Origin: Octopus sinensis
Lineage: Eukaryota
Direction: 5' to 3'
DNA length: 64,000 bases
Assembly: GCF_006345805.1 (NCBI RefSeq)
Contig: NC_043013.1
Location: 57,102,001 to 57,166,000 of the forward strand
Below are positions 26,482-37,095 of this stretch, piece by piece. The position numbers and the translations under genes were made by a program. Every line of letters begins with the position of its first letter. Position 1 is the first letter of the stretch. Below the pieces are notes generated by a model, which was not told the origin of the DNA, made no database searches, and saw only the letters and a list, made by a program, of their open reading frames with translations.

Positions 26482-27320
26482 TATATACAGACATTATGTG
26501 GATGGATATATTTATATACATATATATATATTATATATATATATATATAAACTACGTTTGCGTGCGTTATCATTAGTATAATGACCTTCATGAGACACAA
26601 GATACATACATACATACATACATACGTGTATATGTGTGTGTATATGTCTTTACATGCGTGTGTATATATAAGCAGGAGAGAGAGAGAAAGGGAGTGAGGA
26701 AGAGAAAAGGGGAGAGAGAGAGATGTTCACATAAAACATATTCAATCAGTACTTAAAAATCTGATTTTTTTTATATATTTACTTTCACGTTTCCCTCAGC
26801 CTTTATTTTTTCATTCACGAAACCATGTGTGAATAATTCATCGGTCAATGGTATGTTAATACAAGCAGAGAATTAAAGAAGAATATTTTTTTAAATTTCA
26901 ATATCACAACTAATTTAAAATTGAAATATTTTTTTAATAATATATTCATATTTTAATTACAAAGGAAGCTTCAGAAAAGGACAAAAACACAAACTGGTTT
27001 GAAATTTCCATAATATCAAAAGCGATTGGATAAAACTGGTATTTCGAACCAGTAAATAATTTTGAAGGGAACCATTTCATACACTTGATACTAAATGGCT
27101 CTGTTCACTAAAGAGAATATATTTTGTTTTACTAATTAATGAAACAAATTCTGAGTTAATTGTCATTCATTAATTCTGCAACTCATTAAACGAACTGAGT
27201 GGTCAAAAGGAAATGTCTCGCAGTAATTAATTACTGAGCTGGGTTCAATACCTCCTCGAAAGTAAGTTTGTAAATTATTTTTCTTGAGCTGATAAAACAA
27301 ATACCTGTTAAATACAGGTA

Positions 27321-27509
27321 TTGTTGTACAATTGTATAATTTCTCATACATCTTGCATTAATGAATCACGTACGCACACACACTGATGTAGATACAGTTT
27401 GTGAAGAATTTCTTAAAATCTATGCATTGGTTCAGTCTGCTTCCGATCTTGAGATGGTCATCAGTTGTTTATTTTTCGTTATTTAAAAGCTCGTACTGAT
27501 CAACAAACT
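27321..27509 (+). repeat. 189 bp perfect direct repeat, copy 1
   Basis: Identical by eye to 30612-30800. Confidence 0.9.
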
Positions 27510-27676
27510 TCTACATAAGTTAGTAATCATTAATTCAATCCTTCCAGCAGATGTTTGCCTGTTCATTCTTGCATTCGCAGACATACATAAACACCTACTC
27601 AATAAAAAACACGCATACACAAGCGAACTCAAGAACATATATATAACCACTAAAGACACCGTTTCGACGAAGAAAT

Positions 27677-28370
27677 ACAGAGGGTAATTTCAAGGCCAGG
27701 TTCAATAACCACACTTTGAGCTTTAGGCACTGGAACAAAAGAAAAGCGACACAATTATCTAATCATATTTGGTCTTTAAGAGATAAAGGTGTCGATTATA
27801 ACATACATTGGAAGATTTTGGCCAGATGTAAGCCCTATACCAACGGCATCGGAAGGTGCGGTCTATGCGACATGGAGAGATGGCTTATCTGGAAAAGCAG
27901 CTTAGACCCTACTACATGTCTAAACACAAGGACAGAACTTTTCGGATCATACACAAATGTGACTAAATTTCTGTTACGTTTTGGGTCCCCTAAAGAAAAC
28001 AGATAGAACATGCTTTCTATGTTATGTCCCAAGAAGATTTTATATATTTTTATATATTTTTATATATTTTTATATATTTTTTATGTATTTTTATATAATT
28101 TTTATGACGAAAAATGCGAGCGATGTATAAGTACGCAGGCAAGCAGAGTTATAACAGAGTAATTTCCCTTTATATAACGGTATTTTTTCATAGCGTTTTC
28201 AAATAGCCAGATAACCGAAGAGATGGTGTTGTGGATTTCCACTTCGGCATCTGAAACTCAGAGTTTTATCTTGACTATCGAGTAATGTAGCATATTATTG
28301 TATAGATAAATTTCCTCTATTTACATAATATTGAGGTCTCTTTCTTTCTTTTGTTATCTTACCGTTTTAC

Positions 28371-28375
<5 letters not shown>
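27677..28375 (+). mobile_element. Penelope-like element 3' fragment: GIY-YIG endonuclease C-terminal half plus 3' region/pLTR
   Basis: TEGNFKARFNNHTLSFRH..ATQLSNHIWSLRD..WKILARCKPY..CGLCDMERWLI..LNTRTELFG, typical of PLE GIY-YIG domains. Confidence 0.85.
28210..28270 (+). ncRNA. Type-I hammerhead-like motif downstream of the PLE ORF
   Basis: GAUAA CCGAAGA GAUG..CAUC U GAAA CUCAGAGU U UUAUC. Stem I is a perfect 5 bp; stem III is near-palindromic (ACUCAGAGU); core has U4C. Confidence 0.55.
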
Positions 28376-28384
<9 letters not shown>

Positions 28385-28403
<19 letters not shown>

Positions 28404-28619
28404 TAATCCAAACAAGAAAGCACAAAAAAACACAACAACGCGAGGACGTGGAACAAATATAGTATTATTGGACGCTAAGGAAAGAAGGAAAGAAGGAGGG
28501 TTTAATATTTCTAGCGGAGCTCTTCGTCGGAGAAGGAAAGATCCAGAGAAGGGAAGACAGAGGAAAAAGAAACTCGCCAACGGTACACACGCGGTCACAT
28601 TTTGAATCAATGATTGCGT

Positions 28620-28625
<6 letters not shown>
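28385..28625 (-). mobile_element. Short repeat related to 25385-25530, with a decayed HHR-like motif at 28501-28534
   Basis: Shares the gaggac..caaa..gtatta..acgct..tttaa..gc..gctcttc architecture; minus-strand motif CCGACGA A GAGC-UCC-GCUA GAAA UAUU AAA. Confidence 0.55.
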
Positions 28626-28652
<27 letters not shown>

Positions 28653-29055
28653 CTCTTTTACTGTTTTACTTGTTTCAGTCATTTGACTGCGGCCATGCTG
28701 GAGCACCGCCTTTAGTCAGGCAAATCGACCCCGGGACTTATTCTTTGTAAGCCTAGTACTTATTCTATCGGTCTCTCTTTTGCCGAACCGCTAAGTGACA
28801 GGCTCGTAGACACACCAGCATCGGTTGTCAAGCAATGCTAGGGAGACAAACACAGACACACAAACACACACACATAATACATATATATATACATATATAC
28901 GACAGGCTTCTTTCAGTTTCCGTCTACCAAATCCACTCACAAGGCATTGGTCGGCCCGAGGCTATAGTAGAAGACACTTGCCCAAGGTGCCACGCAGTGG
29001 GACTGACCCGGAACCATGTGGTTGGTTAGCAAGCTACTTACCACACGCTACACAC

Positions 29056-29058
<3 letters not shown>
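28653..29058 (-). mobile_element. Octopus-type tRNA-derived SINE (same family as 16867-17340)
   Basis: Reverse-complement collinear match. Confidence 0.9.
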
Positions 29059-29116
<58 letters not shown>

Positions 29117-29309
29117 CACACAGACGCAATCACGAAGACAAACACATGCACACTGGCACTCACACACATACATATATAGAAAAACAAGGACATACACTAT
29201 ATGCATGCGCAGAGACACGATCACGAATTCGCAAACACGCATCTTCCAGAAATCTTCAGACAAATATAGAAAAGTTTTTCATATTTCTCCGCCAATATAA
29301 ACCCATTTA

Positions 29310-29535
29310 ATCGATGGGTAACAAAATCTCTCGTGGAAGCGCCATCCAACCAAAATGCAAATATATGGGAAAATACCACCTGTGTCATCTCTTGTGAAAG
29401 GTAGGAGAGTCCAGTTTGCTGGACATTGTTGTAGAGCTGAAAAAGAAGTAATTTCTACTCTTCTCCTCTGGAAGCCATCTACTCGCAATACCAGAGGGCG
29501 CACACTCTCCTACCCTGATGTAATCTCCAGGGATA
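29310..29535 (+). mobile_element. RTE-clade LINE fragment (post-RT region)
   Basis: LSWKRHPTKMQIYGKIPPVSSLVKGRRVQFAGHCCRAEKEVISTLLLWKP..RGRTLSYPDVISRD. Confidence 0.75.
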
Positions 29536-29556
29536 GTGGTGGTGGTGGTGGTGGTG

Positions 29557-29604
<48 letters not shown>

Positions 29605-29633
29605 ATAGTAGTAGCGGTGGTAGTAGTAGTAGT

Positions 29634-29677
<44 letters not shown>

Positions 29678-29720
29678 TAGTAGTAGTAGCAGTAGTAGTA
29701 GTAGTGGTAGTAGTAGTAGT
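29536..29720. repeat. (GGT)n(AGT)n(AGC)n compound microsatellite
   Basis: Direct inspection. Confidence 0.95.
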
Positions 29721-30611
29721 ATATATACACTGGCGTCCATGACAACAAATCGTTTGCTATCAATGACGTCAATGTCGTTTATGTTTTGGAAGAACGCAAC
29801 GTACAGATTTCTCCTTTGCCAGCGTTTGTTCTTCTCCGTGCATCAACTCTACTTTTTTTCCATTTCTCATACTTACTGTAATATGTTTGTTTACTTCAGT
29901 TACCTTAATTCAAGAGGTGATGGCAAGTGCACACCTATCATTTGCAACTCCATTTGCAATGGCAGCCGTCGGTATATAGGACACACATATACATATTCCT
30001 ATATACAGATGTATAAATATATATATATAATATGTGTGTGTGTGAGTGTGTGTGTGTGTATGTGCGTGTATGTATGTAAGTATGCATTTGCATATGTATA
30101 TATGTATGTATCTATATGTGTATGCATATGCTTCTGTTTAGAAGACACTTATGTTGCCAATGAACCTGTGTGCCGTGATATTCTGTGTTGAATTGTTTTG
30201 ATGTATTTACTTAACTCTGAGAATCTTGCAAAGCAAATACCACTTATGTATTCCTGTAATCGGTGACTGATTACTTCGTAAATATTTGCTTTTTATATAC
30301 AGTGTTTATGTGTGTGTGTGTGTGTCTGTATACATATATAAATATATACATATATATATATATACACATATATACATACAAGTATATACACACATGTGTT
30401 TTTGTACATGTATATATATGTGTGTGTGTGTGTATAGGTGTATATAAATATATGAACATATATAACATACATATGTACAAAAGTATATGTATTTTATATA
30501 CATGTATATGTGTATATATATATACATGCATTTAATGAGGGCACGTTTGCGTTAAATAATTTTATAAAATACCAGCTCAATGCAAGTAACTAAAAACAGT
30601 AAGACCTACCT

Positions 30612-30800
30612 TTGTTGTACAATTGTATAATTTCTCATACATCTTGCATTAATGAATCACGTACGCACACACACTGATGTAGATACAGTTTGTGAAGAAT
30701 TTCTTAAAATCTATGCATTGGTTCAGTCTGCTTCCGATCTTGAGATGGTCATCAGTTGTTTATTTTTCGTTATTTAAAAGCTCGTACTGATCAACAAACT
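30612..30800 (+). repeat. 189 bp perfect direct repeat, copy 2
   Basis: Identical by eye to 27321-27509. Confidence 0.9.
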
Positions 30801-31499
30801 ATGAAAACTCCTTTTCTGCTTAATTCTATGTCGCATACACCCCGTCCTACGTCAGCATTGTTATTCCAGATCTAGGCAACGATAAACGACAAATCAACTA
30901 TTCCGTGGTTAAGTCTCAAACCAAAATCCATTTTAATGATGCATTGGACTCAGTTTCGCACTTGCTTGTGATGCCGTGGTGCCATTGTTTTATTGTTAAT
31001 ACTGAGGTGTGACACAGATCGGTATTTTACCAGCTCGGAACTAAGAAATGATTTTCCATTGGTTTGTATATTGATCAGAAGTGAAGCACAAATTGAATGA
31101 ATGATATAAGGGCTGAATAGTGACACACAACAATTTCTAAGGACTCGGGTGCCTTTTAAATTTGAGTATACACATCATTCTGAGCATCTGGCTTGTCTAA
31201 ACAAATCACATTTGTAGCATTGTTTAAAAAATTAAAGATGGTTGTTCAATAGTGTTTTTGAAGAAATACTTAGTAAATATAATCGGAACCAAATGGGAAA
31301 GGAAAAAAAACTATGACAATAACAGATGTAGATATAAAACAGAACTCATGAGACTACAGCCGAAGGTAGACAGAATCGCACCGTTAAATGCTGATAGTAA
31401 TAATAGCAACAAAGCAATGAAATACAGGAAAGAACCTAATGGTTATATCAAAAGAAATGGAAAAAGAAATGATGGAATTATTTGATTTAATCCGATCTT

Positions 31500-31690
31500 T
31501 AATTCACGAGTAAAATCCAGAATAGACCAGGAATTTTTCGCAGCATTATTAGATGAACATTTTCCCAAATTCTCCAAATATCACAAAGCCATAAAAAAAC
31601 ACCACAGTGTAAGATTAGCATAAGTGACCTTCCACAATCTAGAGTCCTGAATGCACAGACTAAATAACACAAAGCTAAATAGAATAAAAC
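31500..31690 (+). mobile_element. Decayed Penelope-like RT-to-endonuclease linker fragment
   Basis: RIDQEFFAALLDEHFPKFSKYHKAI..VRLA*..FHNLES..NNTKL resembles the PLE linker motif (L.DKHFP...LHKIFN..TV..SY..N). Confidence 0.55.
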
Positions 31691-31813
31691 TAGAGGGGAG
31701 ATTTGAACCAACCACAGCTAACAGTGCTGTATGCAACGATAGAATGGTGGAAAATAGTGGTAGTAAAAACTCATCAATAGCAAAAACAGACCCAAATATC
31801 ACATAATTAGAAG

Positions 31814-32259
31814 GGATCTTTTCGGTTTGACCGGCAGTTTTTTAAAATAATGTCCACGTAACTAAACACTTTTAAACTTCGTATACTGGTAGAATGTGTT
31901 TATAACACATCTTTTTCTCTTGGCTTTATTGAGAAAATTCTATAGTTTGTAAGATATTTGTTGTTTTTTTCTTCAATTTCTGCAATTCCAACCAATCAAT
32001 GACGTCTATTGAAGTGAAGACATTCTGTGCCGTATGAATATGTCCCTCGTTTAAGAAACAGATTGGGTTTATTTACATTTCTGAAGACAAAAAGAAGCCC
32101 TTCCCCCACCCCTAACCCTAACCCTAACCCTAACTAACCCTATCTCTAACCCTAACACTAAAACAGATTGAAATGCAATAGATCGATACTAGGGTCATAA
32201 TTATGGGTGACAATTTCATATGACACAGCTAGAACAAACTGTTCAAATCGAAAAGATCT
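31814..32259. mobile_element. Non-autonomous TIR element (MITE-like) with internal (CCCTAA)n
   Basis: Left end GGATCTTTTCGGTTTGA versus right end (reverse complement) AGATCTTTTCGATTTGA; TTAGAAG on both flanks; CCCTAA repeats at 32110-32160. Confidence 0.75.
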
Positions 32260-32755
32260 TTAGAAGTACAATACAGACACTAAGAAAGTACGCTTAGAAG
32301 TACAATGCAGACATAAGGAAGTGTGATTGGATGTTGACCATCAATGGAATACTTCCATTTGATTAAATTAACATAAATTAAGAAAGTGCTTTGCTGATAA
32401 TCTGTTGAGTTTAAACATCGAATTTCACTTGAAAATCCAATGCGGGATTTACAAACAACCACAACGTGGAAAAGTGCAGAGGGCAGAGATAAGATAAGTG
32501 CGTATATATCACATTTTTCTACATTTCCCTTGTATATCATAAGTAGTAATACTAATAAGTCTAATGGTAATCAAACTGCTATACTGGAGGCAGACTTGAT
32601 GATGATAATCTGCATGGAACTGAAATCATAGCAGTATCGGTCGGACATATAACAGAGTTCACAAGGAACACTCGTTGACGATCGGGTAATTACTTTCCCT
32701 CTTTCTCAGGAGCCACATTCAAAATGTTGTTATTATATATATATATATATATATA

Positions 32756-33153
32756 TACTAGCAGTATCGCCCGGCGTTGCTCGGGTTTGTAAGGGAAATA
32801 ACTATATAAGCATTTTTAGAGAGTTATAGCCAAAAAATAGCAAAAAATGCATTAAAAATTGAAAAAAAATTAAGGTAAATTTTTTTTTAAATCGTTGACA
32901 CATCGTAGATATTTTTAGAGAGTTACTTCCCTTATATAAAAGCGAAAAAAATGCATTAAAATGGAAAAATATGATGGTAAATTTTTTTAAAATCGTAGAC
33001 TCATCGTAGACGCGCGCTAATACCCAGAAGGGCTCGATATGAATCACGACTATAAGATACCCGCTTTTGGTTAAACTGCACCGCAAAATGTGGGAGTAGT
33101 TACGAATCTAAATCGTAGGAGACAGACACACAACTTCACTCTTATATAAAGAT
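32756..33153 (+). mobile_element. Non-autonomous Helitron-type (Lep1/HINE-like) element
   Basis: 5' TACTAGCAGTATCGCCCGGCGTTGCTCGGG hairpin start, ~100 bp internal tandem duplication, 3' ACAGACACACAAC..TTATATAAAGAT. Confidence 0.65.
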
Positions 33154-33499
33154 GCTTTTTTTTTTTCAGTCATAGAGTTAGATTTATGAAGGTCTTCAGT
33201 AGAAAATCCTTCGAATTCTGACTCGCTGCTTGATATAATGAAATTCGTATCCATTTTTTGTCAGAATTACAAATTTTGAAAACACAATAGGAACAAATTT
33301 CGGAAAAAAATCTCCCATAATTCACGGAATTAAAATTACACTTCGATTTTTGTACAAAACTGTATTTGAAGTGTTTACGAAGTATAATACGTATTTTCAC
33401 GAATGTACTAAAGAGATTTACTCTGATATTCTCATTTAAATATGAATAGGTAAATTCGGGCGGTTTGGTAACGAAAGGGTTTATATACGTGTCGTCTGT

Positions 33500-33934
33500 T
33501 TATACATAAACACTGTTTCATACTTTCAGTTTAGTCTTCCTCAAATCATTCTGTCGCTATTTACTCTCTTCCAAGAACATTTTTACTCACTCTTATCTGT
33601 TAGCTTGCCATACATTTTACTCATGTATCTATCAGCGTGATAGACAGAAACAAATATTACATCTAGTTTCACTTTATTCGTTGCACACTGTGTGTGTGCG
33701 TTTGCGTGTGCTGTAAACCAGACTAAGAAAAGCATTTGACATACACACCAGAATGTGAGTTTTCTGTAAATTTTGCTTAATTGGAGTTTAAATTTTAAAA
33801 ACTGGACCTGGCAAAACCCGATGCATTCTACTCTTAAAAATGCTAGGTAAATTGTAATTGAAGAAATCCTATATTGTAGATTTCTATAACTGACAAAGGG
33901 AGGCAGATAAAATCTGCCTTTTATAATAAGAGAT
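33500..33934 (+). mobile_element. Second HINE/Helitron-like remnant
   Basis: 3' hairpin AGGCAGAT-AAA-ATCTGCCT (33901-33919) followed by TTATAATAAGAGAT; 5' boundary uncertain. Confidence 0.45.
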
Positions 33935-33946
33935 ATATATATATAT

Positions 33947-34232
33947 ATTACGGAGATGTACTCGCATAGCAAGTGATTTGATCTGAGATCGTGTGCTGGA
34001 ACGAAAACAATTGCAGCGTGGAAGGTGTTTGTAAGCCATTTAAGAAACACACAAAAGCCGTTCGATTCACTCCAACATTTAAGTTTAATTTGTCAAAATA
34101 TGTTCGTCGCTAAAATCCGCGACCTGTTCACTGACAAAAATATTTTCACAAATTAAACTTAAATGTTGGAGTGAATCGAACGGCTTTTGTGTTTCTTAAA
34201 TGGCTTACAAACACCTTCCACGCTGCAATTGT
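33947..34232. repeat. Short element with an inverted partial self-copy (foldback, ~93 bp arms)
   Basis: 34007-34101 is the reverse complement of 34140-34232 apart from a 2 bp indel and 1 mismatch. Confidence 0.9.
34089..34139 (-). ncRNA. Type-I hammerhead-like motif with a G3-C8 swapped core
   Basis: UUUGUCA GUGAACA G GUCGC-(8 nt)-GCGAC GAAC AUAUU U UGACAAA; 7 bp stem I and 5 bp stem II. Confidence 0.6.
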
Positions 34233-34759
34233 ATTTATATATATAAAGGCCTGTATGTGTGTATTTTATAAGAAAAGAACATGTAATAATTGAAGTAGAA
34301 AAAAGAACAATTCCATACACGAACTTCTGTTTGTTTATTATATGATAATAATAAGCGAGTTGTATGTGTTATTTTGTTTATCAACACAGTAATGGCAAGT
34401 ATATAATACACAAGGCTTTGGTCGGGACGGAGCTGTAATGAAATCGTGTCGCAGTATGGGAATGAACCGAAGGCAATATAGCTGGAAGGCAAGCTTCTCA
34501 ACCACACAGCCACACCTATTAAAAAAGGAGATATATTTTGAACAATATACTCCTTGATCCGATATGCTTAACAAAAAGATGGGAGGTTTACGGCGAGAAG
34601 ACCTTTGATCTTAATATTTACTCGAGCAACTCAACCACTAACAACGCTACACCATACAGAATGTTCCAGAATTAACTGTTTCTATGAAATTCAGCGACTT
34701 TAAAAAAAAACTGGCAGAATTTTATGTTTATCACCAAAACAAATAAGTTTATAAATCTT

Positions 34760-34985
34760 ACGTCAAACTTTCATTGAAAATTTTCAACATGTCTGTATTC
34801 CTGCTTACTACAAATCTCTTCTTAGCGTTGTGAAGCATTTCAGGAGTTAGCTCCAGAAATGGTAACTGAATGTGTTCTTTAAGCTTAGCTAAACGAATGC
34901 TCCATCTTGAGGATGGAGGTAAAGAAAGAGATTGCTGCCAAATTGAAAAAAAAAAACTCTCATGGATAAATAAGAGGAGTCTAAC
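34760..34985 (-). mobile_element. Possible decayed Tc1/mariner transposase C-terminal fragment
   Basis: ..KLKEHIQLPFLELTPEMLHNAKKRF.. resembles the Tc1-type tail (LK.RI..A...ITPEML..V...F). Confidence 0.35.
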
Positions 34986-35178
34986 AGGAATGAAAATAAA
35001 ATCATAAGCAAAATTCAAAATTTATACACATTTTACACATATTAGACATAAGTAAAAGTTTTTTAAAAAATGCTTCCGATTTCACTCAACATCATTAATT
35101 CTGGGACCCCAGTATTTACTCGTCCGACTAAACAGAGGAGGGAACAGGAGTGGACTAATTGCAGGAGGTGAGCGTAGC

Positions 35179-35222
35179 TTCCGGAAGTGGTCACGTGGTC
35201 AACCTCAAATGGCTGTGAGTCA
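35179..35222. promoter_or_regulatory. Candidate ETS + E-box + AP-1 motif cluster
   Basis: CCGGAAGT (35181-35188), CACGTG (35192-35197) and TGAGTCA (35216-35222) in a locally GC-richer patch. Motif match only. Confidence 0.3.
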
Positions 35223-35976
35223 CAACAGCAGTTTTTTTTTTCTTTTTGTACGAACATTTTGCATTATATAGTTCAGACATGGATGACAGAGAAAGCAAAC
35301 ATGCTGCCGGGCCATTCTGCGTTGCGTAGGATTGGAAACAGGAACCATCAACATGGAACTTCTGGAGAATGGATGAATGGGTTTGTTGGGCTTTTATCCA
35401 GCCGCATACTTACGCACATGGCCCAGTGGTGCGCAGGATGCTAAGACGAAGCATCAACATGTCGCCGACAACAATTTTAATGTTCTCATTTCCTCTATTA
35501 AATGGGACAAAAACGTTTTCATGAAATATTATACGCTACTTATAATGCGTATGTAGTGTCAATATTTTATTGTCAGAAAGACAAACCCAGTGCAGTGTAC
35601 TCAAATCATTTTTGCGGGACCCATAGTCGGCGTTGGAGATTTTTTTTAGTCAACAGTAATTCGAGGAGCGTGATTGATATTTGTTGCAAATTTGAGGAAC
35701 GCGACTGGATACTCTTCAAGTTACACGCCTTAACGATGCGAAAATGCTTTTAAAATGAGGTTTATCTACCACTGGGCCGGCATTAGACTAGAAGTTTTAA
35801 ATTATTTGGCCCATGACACTCCATGGACCTTATGTAATGCATGTGTAATATTTCATTAAAATCGGTTTCTGTGGATCTCCCGTTTTAACGACATGACCAA
35901 CACACAGACACACATCTTGTGTTTTATTATATAATTATGTACGTGTGTATATATATAATTATGTATATATTTATAA

Positions 35977-36025
<49 letters not shown>

Positions 36026-36706
36026 ATTATATATATATATATATATGTATACATAAATATATAAATATATAATATACTTATATATAAATGTACATATACA
36101 CACACGCGTATATATATGTGTGTTTGTGTATATATATATATGAATGACTAAGTAAATAAAGGAAACTAGGAGAATAATGATAAAAAAGAAATTATTGCCG
36201 AACAATGAGAGATAACAAAAGAAAGAAAACGTGTGAACGGAGTTTTATTGATTCAAACGTCTGAACTGTTTCCAAATATAAGTTTACTAAATATAATTTG
36301 ATTAATTTTTATTTTCAAATTATATTATTATACAATAGAAAAATAGATATGAAATACTAAAAAAAAAGCAATACAACAACAACAATACCAATGAGTATAT
36401 AGAAAAATATTTTGTACAAATTTACAAATAAATAAGGTATGTATAAATAGAAAACTGTTTACATTCAAAAAGGAAAATGTCTCACTTATGACCACTTAAT
36501 TACGATTAGATCTAAACGTACAATGTATGCGTATGTGTGTGCATGTGTGAGTGTGTGTCTATATATGTGTGTGTGTGTGTGTGTGTGTTTTATGTGTTTA
36601 TATATAACAGTATACATATATGCACACATATATAGCGGGGAAAATGTTTAATCATAATAATCGGGTTATTATTGTTGTTATTGTTGTTGTTATTATTATA
36701 TTATTA

Positions 36707-36741
<35 letters not shown>

Positions 36742-36877
36742 TATTATTATATTATTATATTATATTATTATTCTACTGAATAAGTTCAGTTATTTATTAC
36801 AGTCTGTTGATCCTTTGGGGTTGGCGAATATTATCATTCTAATATATATATTATATATATATATATATATTATATAT

Positions 36878-36879
<2 letters not shown>

Positions 36880-36940
<61 letters not shown>

Positions 36941-37012
36941 TAGATAGATAGGTAGATAGATAGATAGATAGATAGATAGATGATAGACAGATAGATAGAT
37001 AGATAGATAGAT

Positions 37013-37079
<67 letters not shown>

Positions 37080-37095
37080 GATAGATAGATAGATA
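36880..37095. repeat. (GATA)n microsatellite
   Basis: Direct inspection. Confidence 0.95.
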
